Shown piece by piece: positions 1 to 13,000 of a DNA stretch of 64,000 nt (positions are counted from its first letter, which is position 1; each line of letters opens with the position of its first letter). Position numbers and translations under genes: made by a program. The notes below the pieces were generated by a model, which made no database searches, had not been told where the DNA came from, and worked only from the letters and a program-made list of their open reading frames with translations. The stretch is from Azolla caroliniana (Eukaryota > Plantae > Polypodiophyta). Location of the stretch: the NCBI GenBank assembly GCA_043228905.1, contig JBHGNT010000015.1, positions 7,006,001 through 7,070,000 of the forward strand, in the 5' to 3' direction.

Positions 1-1420
1 AATAACTCCTTGAACTTTTCCAATTCTTTCTCCAACGCCTGAATGCAGCTATGGGTCTCCGCCAATTGTCCAACCATTGTCACTATCCTTCCCTCTAGTG
101 TGGACTGATTCATCCATTCCCACCATTCTGCGTCCACTCGTTTTGCCACCCCGGTGACTTGTTGTCCCAACCATTCAAGTAGTTGCTGGCAAGTCTCGTG
201 TTGGGTGATTACTGCAAACTCATGTGCCGCCACCGACATTCCTCCTAACTCATAGCATTCCTCCTTGTTCTCAAGCTTCCCTTAGGATCTGCAACATCGA
301 CTCTTCTTGCATTCCTATTTCCGAACCACTCAGGTTCTCTAGCCAGTTGTCTACCTCATTCCTTTGCTCATTTGCCTGACCCAATTGAGTTTGCCTTTCT
401 GACTCTGGTTCCGACTAAACCGTTTGAACCGCTTCTGGTCTTGCCCTGTCTACGTGCTCCACCAGCCTTGAGTCCACCACTGTTGACTTGACGGTCGGTG
501 TTATGTCTAAATCAGGACCTAATTCGCTCCCCCTACACATATGATCGTCATGATACACTCTTCTACGTCTCTGGACCGGTTGCTCCTCTTCTTCTTCTAG
601 CTCTTCCTCGTCGGCAGTCTCCTGGTGTTTCCTACCGGCTAGTTGTCCTTGCACCGTCTCTTTCCTCCTTAGCTTCATGCGAATAGGTTTTGATGGTCTA
701 GGAAGTGCTCCTCTCATAGCGACCGAAGGCGTTTCACATCGTCAAGGTTCTTTAGCCAAGTCGGGGGTGTGCTTACGTCGGTCGTACTATTTGATCTACC
801 TGCCAACTCCGGATGTCGTAAATTTTTCCAGCCGCGGTTAGTTCTGCTGATTCTGCAACCTAGTTAATTACGGTGCTTTTCTAGAGACGTCGTTGCTATG
901 AAAGTTCGTTTCGTTCAGCTGGCCTCTGGTGTCTGTCGTCCTCTTATCCCCTACATCCTTGTTTCTTACGTGTCACTACAGAGCCTTGAATAAGTTTGCT
1001 AGCATCCGTCCTTGATACGGTTTTAGCTAGAATCCGTTCACCCATTTGTTGAGCAATTCCCCAGCTAAGGTTCCCAGTTGATAGGATCCCTTAAATCTTT
1101 TGGTTATCCAATAAGGTCCCGTATATCTGAATCAGAGCTATCCTGCATGCTCCCCATCCGTGTCTGAAATACCAACACCGGTTTTTCAATTCCGAATTCC
1201 TTCTCGTTGCCCTTTTGGTGGCGATCCATGAACGCTTTCCTTCGTCGTTGTTCCAATTGCACCTGCAGTAGACTCAATATCCGATGCTCTTTGAGTTTGC
1301 ACAACTTCTCCAATCGAACCCATCACGATTCTTGTTCGCTCAACCGCTCTCGTACTTGTACACGCAAACTCGGAATGTGAAATTCCATTGGCATTACCGC
1401 TTCCAATCCCAAAGCCAGCT
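1..1420 (-). mobile_element. Degenerate Ty3/gypsy remnant (integrase C-terminus plus part of extra ORF), paralog of the 3441-8065 element
   Basis: ORF 1104..1313 (LLQVQLEQRRRKAFMDRHQKGNEKEFGIEKPVLVFQTRMG) nearly matches ORF 3433..3945 (LLQLELEQRRRKAFVDRHRRGNEKEFEVGKPVLLFQTRMG); many stops. Confidence 0.8.
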
Positions 1421-1569
1421 AGGGTGGTGTGGTAAAGATTAAAGTGCGGAAGCTAAACAAACTAGATCCGGCTCTGCCATATAGCAATAGAAAGCACAAT
1501 CGAATATCTATGGTGAGAGAGAGAGAGTACATTATGCGGGAAAGACAGAGAGAGCAGAAGGAAAACATA

Positions 1570-1966
1570 TGTAAACGTGAGTGTTTGCGGAAGCGTAAAA
1601 CAGAGAACAACATAGAGAGAGAGAGAGAGAGAGAAGGAGAGAGAGAGAGAGCATAACACAATTTCAAAATTATTTCAAGACTCTGTATACACACTATGCT
1701 AAGTAGCACTATTTATACAAGTCCTCTTGGGATTGACAGAAGTACCATGTACTTCAATGCTCACACGAGCATCTGACACTTACTACGAGACTATAGCTAC
1801 CTAGTAGTCTATCCTATACTAGGCTTCCGATTGGACTTCCGGTTACGGATTGCACCCGGCCTCCACTGCTTGCCAGTTCGGTTGCTCACCGTCATACCGA
1901 TCCGTCTCGCTTACCGGCTCCGGCTTATTCAGCCGATCCAACTCCGGTTGAGCTTGCCGCTCAACA
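1570..1966 (-). repeat. 3' LTR of copia 1570-8639, contains (GA)n
   Basis: Direct repeat of 8192-8639; adjacent to PPT. Confidence 0.9.
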
Positions 1967-3445
1967 CTCCCCCTCAAGCTCAACCTGAGGTGGGGTCGTA
2001 GTGTCGACCTCTGTGGCAGTCGGTTCTTCCAAGCGACTTCTCCTGGCATCACTCCGCCTTGCTCGCGCTCCTCGTCCGGTCCGGTCCCGTTTGCCGCGAC
2101 CCCTTTTGTTCTGCGCGCCTCGACCCTCTCGGTCGGCATGTCTGCTCAATAGGCTCATCTCAACACTCATGTTGCTGTGACCCTGGCGCTTGCCAATCTG
2201 TCGGTTCTCCCACGATGGCATCGACTTCCGCTGTGTCCGTGTCCCCTTGGCCTTCGGTTGATCCGACTCATCCGGATCCATCTGTTGATCCGAGTCAGCT
2301 GTCTCCGACTCGTTCCAGCTCTTGTCCGAATCGGTACACTCCGATTCGACTTTCGGCTTCAGGCCTCTCACCACATCGGACCACTTCCGAGTCTTGGCCT
2401 TCTCCATGCTTCCCTCGGCTTCTTCAGCCGGTGAACCGAAATTGAATTCTTCATTTGACTCCGCATCATGGTCAGTACCGTCATGATGACCTCCGCACAA
2501 CATGCACTTCTCTTCCTGAGTGCACAACTCTTCTTCACAGCCGCTTGCTCCGACCTATTCGGATGTGTCGACTTCCTTCGTCGACTCGGCTTCCTTCATC
2601 TTCTTGTCTCCTCTTCTTCCGACTCTCCTCTTACCGACGGGTTCAACAATTTTTTGGCCTTTGCCCGTTTCGGTAGAGACTTTGCCCTTGCTTCTCCCCC
2701 TCGAGTGCGGCACGTCGAGATGCTAAATACCAAGCATGGCGGTAAAGTGCTGCAACTTGTCCGATCCGAGCGGCTTGGTGAAGATGTCGGCAACTTGCCG
2801 ATCCGTATGAACATACCGTAGGTCAACTTCACCGCTCAGGACCCGCTCACGCACGAAGTGGTAGTGCACCTCGATGTGCTTTGTGCGAGCATGGAACACA
2901 TGGTTCCTGGCGAGCTGCAGGCTGCTCATGTTATCGCAGTAAATCGGGATTGGGGTCGGTACCTCGATCCGCAAGTCTCGCAGCAGTAGCCGAAGCCAGA
3001 TGGCTTCACAAGTGGCAACAGTAGCGGCCCGGTACTCAGCCTCAGTGCTTGACAAAGCCACTGTGGGCTGCTTCTTGCTGCTCCACGCAACGGCCGCGCT
3101 ACCAATGGAGAACATGTATCCGGAAGTGGAGCGGCGATTAGACGCATCGCCGGCCCAGTCAGCATCTGTGTAACCGACAAGCTCTTCGGGTATACCTCGC
3201 TGGTATAGCAGTCCCCGGTCCTTAGTGCCGCTAACATACCGTAATATGCGTTGTGCGCACTGAAGGTGCTCCACGGTCGGCTTCTACATGAACTGACTTA
3301 GCATGCCGACCGGATAGCTGATGTCGGGTCGGGTGATGGTTAAGTAGATCAGGCTTCCGACAACCTGTCGGAACCGTTTCTCATTGCAGGCCGGTCCAGA
3401 GTTGGGACGGAGCTTCTGGTTCCGGTCCAGGGGTGTGGAGACAGG
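1961..3445 (-). pseudogene. Copia pol 3' end: end of RT, RNase H and an in-frame C-terminal extension
   Basis: GSLIYLTITRPDI, YTDADWAGD, STSGY, SSKKQPTVALSSTEAEY, YCDN, HARTKHIEVHYHFVRE, ADIFTK; ORF 1961..2527 is in the same frame as 2723..3274, separated by TAG stops. Confidence 0.9.
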
Positions 3446-4275
3446 TAGTAGAAAGCCTGACGTCATTTTACGCGGTGGTACATAAAAAGAGTACTCCCTA
3501 CTACCCTCAAGCCAATGGACTAGCGGAATCAACGAACAAAACTTTGCAGAACATCCTACGAAAAATCGTCAACGAGAACGGGACCGACTGGGATACGAAA
3601 TTGCAAAGCGCGCTATGGGCGTACCGAACAACGTACAAAACCAGCATCCGAACAACCCCGTTCCGACTAGCATTCGGGTTAGAAGCGGTCATGCTAGTAG
3701 AGTTCCAGATCCCAAGCTTACGGATTCAGGTGAAGGAGGGCTTAAGTGAGAACGAGTCCGAACGAATCCGGCTGGCGACGTTGTTGGAATTAGAAGAAAA
3801 CCGAATAGCCAGCTTACTACAACTCGAACTGGAGCAAAGGAGGAGAAAAGCTTTCGTGGACCGGCACCGGCGTGGCAATGAAAAGGAGTTCGAAGTCGGG
3901 AAACCGGTGCTACTATTCCAGACACGGATGGGGAACATGCCATGAAAGTTGCGCTTTCGATGGACCGGACTGTTCTGGATCACCAAGGAGTACAATCGGT
4001 CGTATCAGCTCGGCACGTTGTCTGGAGATGTCATCGGCAAGTGGGCAAATGGATTTCGGCTAAAGCCGTATAAGGGAAATATGCCAGCCAACCTGTTCAA
4101 GCAAAACCCGGAAATCCGGCAAGATGAGGAACCGACACCGACAGACGCTGCTGAAGATATTCGGACCGAGGAAGAACCGACACCGATACTGACAAAGACT
4201 ATCCCGGAAAACCGACAGAAGCATCCGGTATCCACACGAACCGACCCGAACAAATCGGGGGGGACCAGCAAATGA
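3441..4275 (+). pseudogene. Gypsy integrase core end and GPY/F-type tail
   Basis: ORFs 3433..3945 and 3949..4275 lie in one frame with one TGA; KLRFRWTGLFWI...YQLGTLSG...NGFRLKPY. Confidence 0.88.
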
Positions 4276-4523
4276 CGTGGTCCAAACAAAGAAAAGAAAA
4301 AAAAAAGAAAAACGAAGAAAAGAAAGAAAAATAAAAAATAAAAAAAGAAGACGTGGGCAAAATCGACGCGAATCATAGTAATGATGGGGAGATCACAAGA
4401 GGTGGGAGCGCCACCATGCAACGAAGAGGCGCCATGCATTAAAGAAGGACGTGCGCGTACTTGCTATTTAAAGCATGGAACGGGGGCACTCACACGCGGC
4501 AAACAAGAAAGGACATACTAATT

Positions 4524-7500
4524 ATGGCGGGAGAGGAACATGCGCGGGAAACGAAAAAGGGCGGCTCGAGGCACAACCCACTATATAAGACACAGGCCTG
4601 CGAAGGGCTCACTTTTTACGAATTTTCCTACATACAGGCGCAGAAGCACAGAAGAGCGACCCGACGCACAGAGCACACACAGCGCGATCCCGAACAACAG
4701 GCAGCAGAAGAAGAATTTGAAACAATGGTACTGTCGGAAGAGGCACGCCAATGGATGAGGGAGAACGGGTTAAAAGGATTGATGCGGATCGCCGACGCTC
4801 CACCACACGCAGAACCAGAGCAGGCGGCAGCATCGATTGATATATCAGAAGTCACGGAAGGAGCGGTGCAGGCGCTCACGGGGATAAAAGCAGGAGGACT
4901 TCAAACAATCGAAAACCCTTCAAGTGAAATCCTGTTCGAATATTTCGGGGAGTACTCTATCAGCAGCAAGGCGTATCGAACGCAGGGCGGAGAGAACCTG
5001 CTGTTCGGAGAAGTGGCCCGCGCCATGATGGAATACAGATTCGTGAATCCCCGTCCCCCGGCCATAGCCAAGTACCGGGCAGCGTTCTTAATAGCAGCGT
5101 ACGAAGGCTTACAAATAGACTGGCTCCATTTCATAACCGAAGGATTGAAGGAGGCCATCAAAAATCTTGTGGAAGGAAAAAAGCCATGGGCCGGGATAGC
5201 ACAATGGCTAACGGTGTTAGTCCCACCGGTGCTCCCCATCACACAAAAGAAAAGAGGTCGGCAGGAGACGACGCTGAAAAAGGTCACAAAGCGCCGACAG
5301 ATCTTGGAGAAACACATCCCCGGATGGACCCAGCAAGAAGCAGAACAGCAGGGGGAAGGATCATCCCGACAGCAACAGGAGCCGGCAACAAAGGCAAAAC
5401 CGGCAGGTAAAGGCAAAGGGAAATCGGCCGAGGAGGAACCGGTAGCGCGCAAACCAATCCATATAACGCTGCGACGGCCGGAACCGGAACCAGAGGTCTT
5501 TATACAAAAGGTCCGTTTGGTAACCGCACCGGAGGAGGAAGCTGAAACAGAAGACTCATCCGAACCACTGGTAAGACTCCCAACAAGACAAGGTCGGGAG
5601 AAACGGGCGAAAGGACCGGCTCCACCAGTGGACAGAACTCAGCAGAGGGCGCAAGGACCATCTCCAGTAGCCGAGGCGGAAACAGCACCGGAACCCGTAC
5701 CGAAGGAAGCAGCACCGACACCGGTTGGGCCGAACTTCAGAGAACCGGTCATCCCAGAGAAGAAGAAGGAACAAGCGCCGGAGCCGGAGCCAGAGAAGAG
5801 GCCGGAAAAACAACCTGAGTTAAGTGAGCAAGGCCACCCCGACACAGGAAGAACAAAGCCACAATGGCTGCGATGGCTTTCGGAGCAGTTATCGGGAGTA
5901 GCGAACCAGTTAGAAAAAGAAGAAACGTGTAGGCAACAGCTGACGCATACAACAACTCAGGAGTTGGTCGCGCTCTGAACACAGATCGAGGAAATGCAAG
6001 GGGAGTTGTTGCAGGCAAGGGAAGGAATTCAACAAGCACAAGTTGTCACCGAGCCGGTCGGGACAACAAGGAAGCAACTAGAACCGGAACCGGAACCGGC
6101 CTTGCAAACCGGCCCTGAGACCGAAAAAATAATAGAAACCTTATGAGAGGATTTAAAAGCTCAGGAGGCATTAAGGGAAAGAGAAAGGGAGCAGCGGAAA
6201 GCGGTGGAGGACGACAGACGAAAAATGGAAGAAGGCCTCCGGAAAGGTCGAGCCGCTAATGACTGACTGCAAGAAGAAAAAGAGAAGCTGCAAAAGGAGA
6301 AGGACCGACTACGTCGACATGCCGAGCAAGAGATAGAACGACTGCAGGAAGAACTCCGACAACAGAAGGACCGGGACGATCGGTTAAGAGCTCAGGCAAA
6401 CCGACGCCTGAAGCAGAAGACGGAGGACTTCGACCGTCTCTACCGAGATCACAAGCAGGCCGAGTCGGACAACCAAAAACGGGCAGCAGACTACGACCGG
6501 CAAATAGAGAAGCTGAAAGAACAGCTCAAAGAGACCCGATTAGACCTGGCTAAGGCGATGGATGAGGTCAGTGCCAACAAGGAAGCATTGTCGGCGGAAA
6601 TAGCCCAAGCAACGGAGAGGAGGAAGGAATTAGAGGTGCTAAGGCGGGAAAAGCTGGACCTGACCAAGATCAGGAATGAAGAAAAGGAAAAATCGACCTT
6701 CACGATTAGCAAACTGCAAAGTACCTATGAAAAGCAGAAAGCGGATTACGAGGCCCAGGCTCAGATAATGGCCGACATTATAAAACGGGCAAGGAAGGAA
6801 AAGCAGGAAGCTTATGCGCATGCTAAGGCAGGGGTTGACCGGATCAAGCTCATCATGTCAGGATGGAGTACCCGAGCTCAGGCAAGCATCAACGAAAGTA
6901 CGGAAAAGCTATGGAAGGAGTGGTCACAACAGGCAGCCGAGCTGCAGACACTCCGAGCGGATGCCGAGAATCGGAGGAAGACCGGTGACAAGTTCTACAA
7001 GATGGATGAAGAAAGTATCGTCGCCATTCGGGAAGAATTGTCGGAGGATTTCTACACTTTAGCAGAAGAACACCTCAAAGAAATCCGAGGGTTGGTAGAG
7101 AGGTTGGATGACGGGCAGCTCGCAACTCAGTTGGAGTTGGAGAGATACGAGCAGGACCGGTTACGACAGGAAGCTAAGGGAAGAACGACGCCAACCACTA
7201 TTGGTGAGGGAACGCGACCGGCTGAAGATGAACCAAACAACACCGAACAGCCCCGACAAGGAATACCCGAAGACGAACTTGAAGAAGAGCAGGAGCAGAC
7301 CGATGCCGGAGAAGAAGAAGAGCTGAGACCGGAAGACACCAGAGCAGAGGAAGGAGGCATATCGAGTCGACCAGTCGAGACCGGAGAAAGCGACACTGGT
7401 AACAGAACAGAGCCAGGAACGGAGGGAGAACAGGAAGAACCTGGACGAAGCGGTGAGGAGGCACCGGCACCACAGAATCAAGCAGAGCCGGAGCAGCAAA

Positions 7501-7625
7501 TTTTTACGGAACAGCCCGCCCAACCGGAGGTCGGAGACCAGGCAGGCAAGGAACAGGAACAAGACGAAGAAGCACCACTTGACACCATCGAGCAGAGTGT
7601 GCTCGATATTTTGGAGGAAGACTGA
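4524..7625 (+). pseudogene. Gypsy extra 3' ORF (~1030 aa: globular N-domain, Pro/Glu linker, long coiled coil, acidic tail) with 3 in-frame TGA stops
   Basis: ORFs 4461..5978 and 6558..7625 share a frame; stops at ~5976, ~6144, ~6265 are compatible with CGA>TGA; N-domain homologous to ORF 39048..40238. Confidence 0.78.
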
Positions 7626-8191
7626 GGCCAGGAGTGGATTCGAAGTGCAAGGCACTTTCCCACGGACGTGCCATGTGTTGGCCGGTCAGAAGAGCAAGGA
7701 CAAGTGGGAAGGCGGAATCGGATCGGATAATAGGAAGTAAATAATAGCAGAATTATTATTCGGAGGGATGGATCCGGTACAGTTGTACCGATCCGGATCC
7801 GGACCGATTCGGATGTCGGTTGCCTAAGCGCACCGATTGTAACCTTGCCGGATGCCTATAAAAGGATCCGATGATTTGTAAAGGGTTTTGACGGAAGAAA
7901 TACAATAGTAATTATTGCGTGTTTATCTGTATCTCGTATTGTTTACCGTCTGTGCTTAATTGTAATCATCTTACGCGTGTAACCTAGCATCCAATCCTAA
8001 CCACCCCTTTGGAGAAGTGTCGGATAGACACCTGTGTTGAGGCTAGTCCGGCCAGACAGACAACAACTGGGAGCGACGTAGCCATGCCTCTATCCATGTC
8101 TTCTACTGTGTCTGTTTTCGACCTGTTAGGGTTTTCTTCTCAAGAGTAAATGTCTGCAGCAGAGGTTCTCAACCCTCGCGCTCTGATACCA

Positions 8192-8231
8192 TGTAAACGT
8201 GAGTGTTTGCGGAAGCGTAAAACAGAGAACA

Positions 8232-8310
<79 letters not shown>

Positions 8311-8639
8311 CAGAACACAATTTCAAAATTATTTCAAGACTCTGTATACACACTATGCTAAGTAGCACTATTTATACAAGTCCTCTTGGGACTGACAGAA
8401 GTACCATGTACTTCAATGCTCACACGAGCATCTGACACTTACTACGAGACTATAGCTACCTAGTAGTCTATCCTATACTAGGCTTCCGATTGGACTTCCG
8501 GTTACGGATTGCACCCGGCCTCCACTGCTTGCTGGTTCGGTTGCTCACCGTCATACCGATCCGTTTCGCCCGATCCGTCTCGCTTACCGGCTCCGGCTTA
8601 TTCAGCCGATCCGGCTCCGGTTGAGCTTGCTGCTCAACA
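8192..8639 (-). repeat. 5' LTR of copia 1570-8639, with long (GA)n at ~8237-8310
   Basis: Direct repeat of 1570-1966; adjacent to PBS. Confidence 0.9.
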
Positions 8640-9328
8640 ACATAGATTACAAAATTTAACGCTCTGTACATACAATGTCCCCTGAGAGCACTTTTATACA
8701 AGTCCCTAAAAAGGACTGAAAGAAGTACTAACAGGTACTTTAGTGCTCATAACTGAGCTACTAGACGAGGATCATAGGACTCTAACGGCCTACCAGCTCC
8801 TCACGGATACGGTTCTCAAATCCGATTCTCCAATCCGGTTCGGGCTTATCCGACCGTTCTTCATCCGATCTCACTCTCGGCTTGTTAAGCCGATCTGGCC
8901 CATGTTGAGCTTGCTTGCTCAACAGCCCCCCTCAAGCTCAACATGAGGTCGGTGTGTCGTGTCATCATTCGTCGGTCCCTATCTCCGGCTCCTCCTAGTG
9001 TCTTCATGCCTTGCTCACGGTCCTTGTCCTGTTGGTTCCACATTTCACGACTACTCCGGTCCAACGCTGCTCGACTCCTCTAGTTCCGTGTATCTTGACC
9101 TCCATGGTCGGCATGTCTACTCATGAGGCCCATCTTAGCTACCTTGTTATCGTGACATTGGCGCTTCTCGACCCGTAAGCTCCTTTGTGTTGGCATCATC
9201 TTCAACTCCCTTTTGTCTGCTTGGCCTTCATGTGATTCGACTCATCCGAATCAAACCATTCAACCGAATTGGTTGTCTCCGATTTGTTCCCGCTTTTGTC
9301 TGAATTGGTTTTCTCTAATTCATCTTCC

Positions 9329-10002
9329 TGTTGGGATTTCGGTCCCTCCGGATGGGATGTCCGGAGATGAATGACGGCAAGCCCGGTTGCGGTTACGGAG
9401 CCGGATGATGAAGACCCCGGCTACGGTGCCGGATGATGAATACCCCGGCTACGGAGCCGGATGATGAATACCCCGGCTACGGAGCCGGATGCTGAAGACC
9501 CCGGTTACGGAGCCGGATGACGAATGTACCCGGAGGGAGATCCGGATGCGGGGACATATTTGTGAATATGTTTGCCAAGAGCCCTTGAGGCTATATTTGT
9601 AAATAGCCCGGAAGTCATATGTGTATAAATATGACTTAGGGCAAACAGTTGTTTGTTGTTGCTCATTTTCTGTTTTCACTGAGAGGAAGCGAAGTGAGAG
9701 CAGCCGAGAGAGAGATAGAGCGCGAGAGAGACGAAGAGGTAGACGCCTCTGTGTATTTCCGCCGCCTGTGGCGAGGACAGCGAGCTCAAGGTCGTTGCCT
9801 TGCAGCTCGCCATTGTATATTTCTCTGTGCATAGTTTGGTTTGGAGTCTCGCACTCCCGTGGTTTTTCCCGTATAGGGTTTTCCACGTTAATTCCTGTGT
9901 ATCGCGTCTTTCTCTGTATTTCCTATTTTTCTGCTGCATTGATCCGCGATTACTCGGTTGTGGCCGAGTGGTGAAGGTGAATCCAAGCGGTGATTCCCAA
10001 CA
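9329..10002 (+). repeat. 5' LTR with ~5 x 28-bp tandem repeat (CTACGGAGCCGGATGATGAATACCCCGG) in U3
   Basis: TGTTGGGA...TCCCAACA inverted ends; repeats ~9393-9524; TATA GTATAAAT ~9623. Confidence 0.95.
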
Positions 10003-10031
10003 AACTGGTATCAGAGCGACTGTTGCAGAAA

Positions 10032-13000
10032 ATGGAAGGCGGCGGCAGCGGGCAGCCGATGATGATGGTGCTGAATGCACAAAATTACGCCGACTGGAAG
10101 ATCAAGATGGAGGACCTTCTGATTGTTCGGGACCTGTACGAACCGATTGACAGGTCGGAAATACCGAAAGGGGTACTTGAGTCGGAGTGGAAGCTCCTGA
10201 ACCGGAAAGCCGTAGCGACGATCCGACAATACGTCGACGTGAGCGTCCTACAACATGTGGCAAACGACACCAACGCATATGAGATGTGGAAGAAGCTGTC
10301 GGGCCTCTACGAGAGGAAGAATGCGTTGAACCGGACCTCCCTGATGAGGAAGATAGTGAATCTCAAGTACCGGGACGGCGAGAGTATGGTGGAACACGTA
10401 AGCACGTTCATGGGATTCGTGAATCAGCTTGCGGCGATCAAGTTCCCGTTGGAGGATGCAATGCAAGCCATCATCCTGATGTGTACACTGCCGGACAGCT
10501 GGGAGAACTTGGTGGTGACTCTCAGCACCTCCTGCACGGAAGACAACTTGTCCCTACAAACGGTAAAGACAAGTATTCTAAATGAAGAAGCGCGTCGGAG
10601 AGATAAAGAACCGGCCTCCGACTCGAAGGCGCTGCTTACCGAATCGGAACGGGGAAGACACTGGAACCGGAGTCCGCAAAGACGGGAGAAGTCGGGGACC
10701 CGGTCGCAGTCAAGAGGAAGACCCACATGCTTCCACTGTGGGAAGCCGGGGCACTTTCGGAAGAATTGTCGGCATTACCGAAAGGACAACGGAGCCGACG
10801 ACACGGATTCGAAGAAGTCACCGGAGAGAAACGGTGCATACCGGGGAGCCACGGACCGGAGAGGTCCGGATCGACGAGGGCAGGACCGGAAAGGAACGAC
10901 GGCACTCGCGGCAAGTGAAGAGGAGATCATGCTCATCACCGAAGAAGGTGAACTAAACATTGCCGGCGATGAGACGACCTGGGTGGTCGATTCCGGAGCG
11001 TCGTTCCACCTGACCCCGGAGAGAAGATACTTTTCATCCTACACAGCCGGCGAGCATGGCTGTGTTCGGATGGGAAATGAAGGTACGTGCCGGATTGCCG
11101 GCATCGGAGACGTGTGGTTGACAACCCCGACCGGATGCAAAATGCTGCTGAAGGATGTCCGTCACGTTCCGGAGGTTCGATTGAACCTGATTTCGGCCGG
11201 GAGGCTAGACGATGAAGGCTACACAGGTAGCATCCGGAACGGCGTAATGAAGTTCAGCAAGGGGAGCCTGATAGTGGCTCGGGCCCGGAAAGTCAACACA
11301 CTGTACCTGATGAATGCCCGGTTATGTCCGGAAGAGCTGAATGTGGCAGCCGACACTGCCGGTGAGCTGTGGCACAAAAGACTGTGCCACATGAGTGAGA
11401 AGGGGATGAAGAGGCTTGCAGAAGACAACCTTATCCCAGTGAAGCATGTGCACCTGGAGAAGTGCACCGATTGCCTGGCCGGTAAGCAGAACCGAACCTC
11501 CTTCCACTCAAGGCCACCGACGAGACGTAGCGCACCATTGGAGTTGGTGCACACTGACGTGTGTCAGGTAGAGACGAAGTCACATGGCGGAGCCCAGTAC
11601 TTCGTAACATTCATCGATGATCATAGCCGAAAACTGTGGACGGCACCGATGAAGACAAAGGACCAAGTGTTGTGCGTCTTCAAAGAACTCCACGCGAGAG
11701 TGGAAAGGGAATCCGGCAAGAAGCTGAAAGCGATACGAGCGGATAACGGAGGGGAATACCGGGGGCAGTTCCAGGAGTACTGTCGCTCGAAGGGTATCCG
11801 ACTCGAGTTTACTGTGCCGAAGACGCCGGAACTGAACGGGCTGGCCGAGAGGATGAACCGGACCATAATGGAGAGGGTCCGGAGTATGCTGGCGCATGCG
11901 AAATTACCCAAGGGATTTTGGGCTGAGGCAATGTCGACGGCGACGTATGTGATAAACAGATCACCCTCAGTACCTTTGGACGGAGACACGCCGCAGAAAG
12001 TGTGGACCGGTAAGGAAGTGTCCTACCGGCATCTGAAGGTGTTCGGGTGTCTCGCATACGTGCATGTGGCAAAGGACCGGAGAGGAAAGTTAGATCCAAA
12101 GACCCGGCCATGCATATTCCTCGGATACGGCGACGACGAGTTCGGCTACCGAGTATGGGACCCGGTCGACAAGAAGATATTCAGGAGTCGAGACATCATC
12201 TTCATGGAGGACAAGACACTCGCCGACTGGGAGTCGGAGAAGAAGGTGAAGAGCTCCAAGTCGACCGGTGAGGATCAACTCTACGAGGAGCAGTCCCGAC
12301 CGGCAAGGGACCGGTTAGCACTCGAGGATCCGGCCGAAGACGGTGAAGAAACAGAACCGGCCGAAGAAGATGAGAACGATACCGGAACCGGCCCCGATCC
12401 CGAAATGGATTCGGATGAAGAAGAAGAATCGGAAGAACCGGTTACCGAAGCTTCCGAAAGGAGATATCCTCTAAGAGAGAGGAGGGCCCCCCGGAGATTT
12501 CCGGAACCAGAGCACGTGCTGCTAACCGACGAGGGGGAGCCGGAGAGCTTTGAAGAAGCAAAGCATGACACCCAGAGCCGCAGGTGGTTGAGTGCCATGC
12601 AGGACGAGATGGATTCCCTGCATGAGAACCACACATATGAACTTGTGGAGTTGCCGAAAGGAAAGCGGGCACTTCGAAACAAGTGGGTGTTCAAGCTGAA
12701 ACCGGGAGATGCCGAAAACCCCCCGAGATACAAAGCCAGGATCGTGGTGAAGGGGTTTCAGCAGAAGAAGGGCGTCGACTTCGACGAGATATTTGCCCCG
12801 GTAGTGAAGATGACCTCCATCCGGACGGTGCTGAGCATAGCGGCAAGCATGGACCTCGAGGTAGAACAGATGGACGTGAAGACGGCATTCCTTCACGGTG
12901 ACCTCGAAGAAGAGATCTACATGCAGCAACCGGAAGGATTCGAGAAGAAAGGGAAGGAGCACCTGGTATGCCGGTTGAAGAAGAGCCTTTACGGACTGAA

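Larger units (their letters stand above)
3441..8065 (+). mobile_element. 3' half of a non-chromovirus Ty3/gypsy (integrase tail, large extra ORF, 3' LTR ~7623-8065)
   Basis: Integrase motifs STPYYPQANGLAE, WDTKLQSALWAYRT, TPFRLAFG; TATA-like CCTATAAAAGG ~7855; ends ...GACAACA at 8065 where the copia gag start (MDRGMATSLPV, minus) resumes. Confidence 0.82.
1570..8639 (-). mobile_element. Ty1/copia LTR retrotransposon, internally deleted and carrying a gypsy fragment
   Basis: LTRs 1570-1966 and 8192-8639 (TG...CA); TSD ACATA at 1565-1569 and 8640-8644; PBS tRNA-iMet (complement GCTCTGATACCA 8180-8191); PPT complement at 1967-1976. Confidence 0.92.

Noticed and set aside
9449-10150. ORFs within the copia LTRs (also 14239-14823, 8126-8435, 1419-1709, 33547-33905)
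   Set aside because: They arise from GC-rich LTR repeats and (GA)n tracts and have no protein-like motifs
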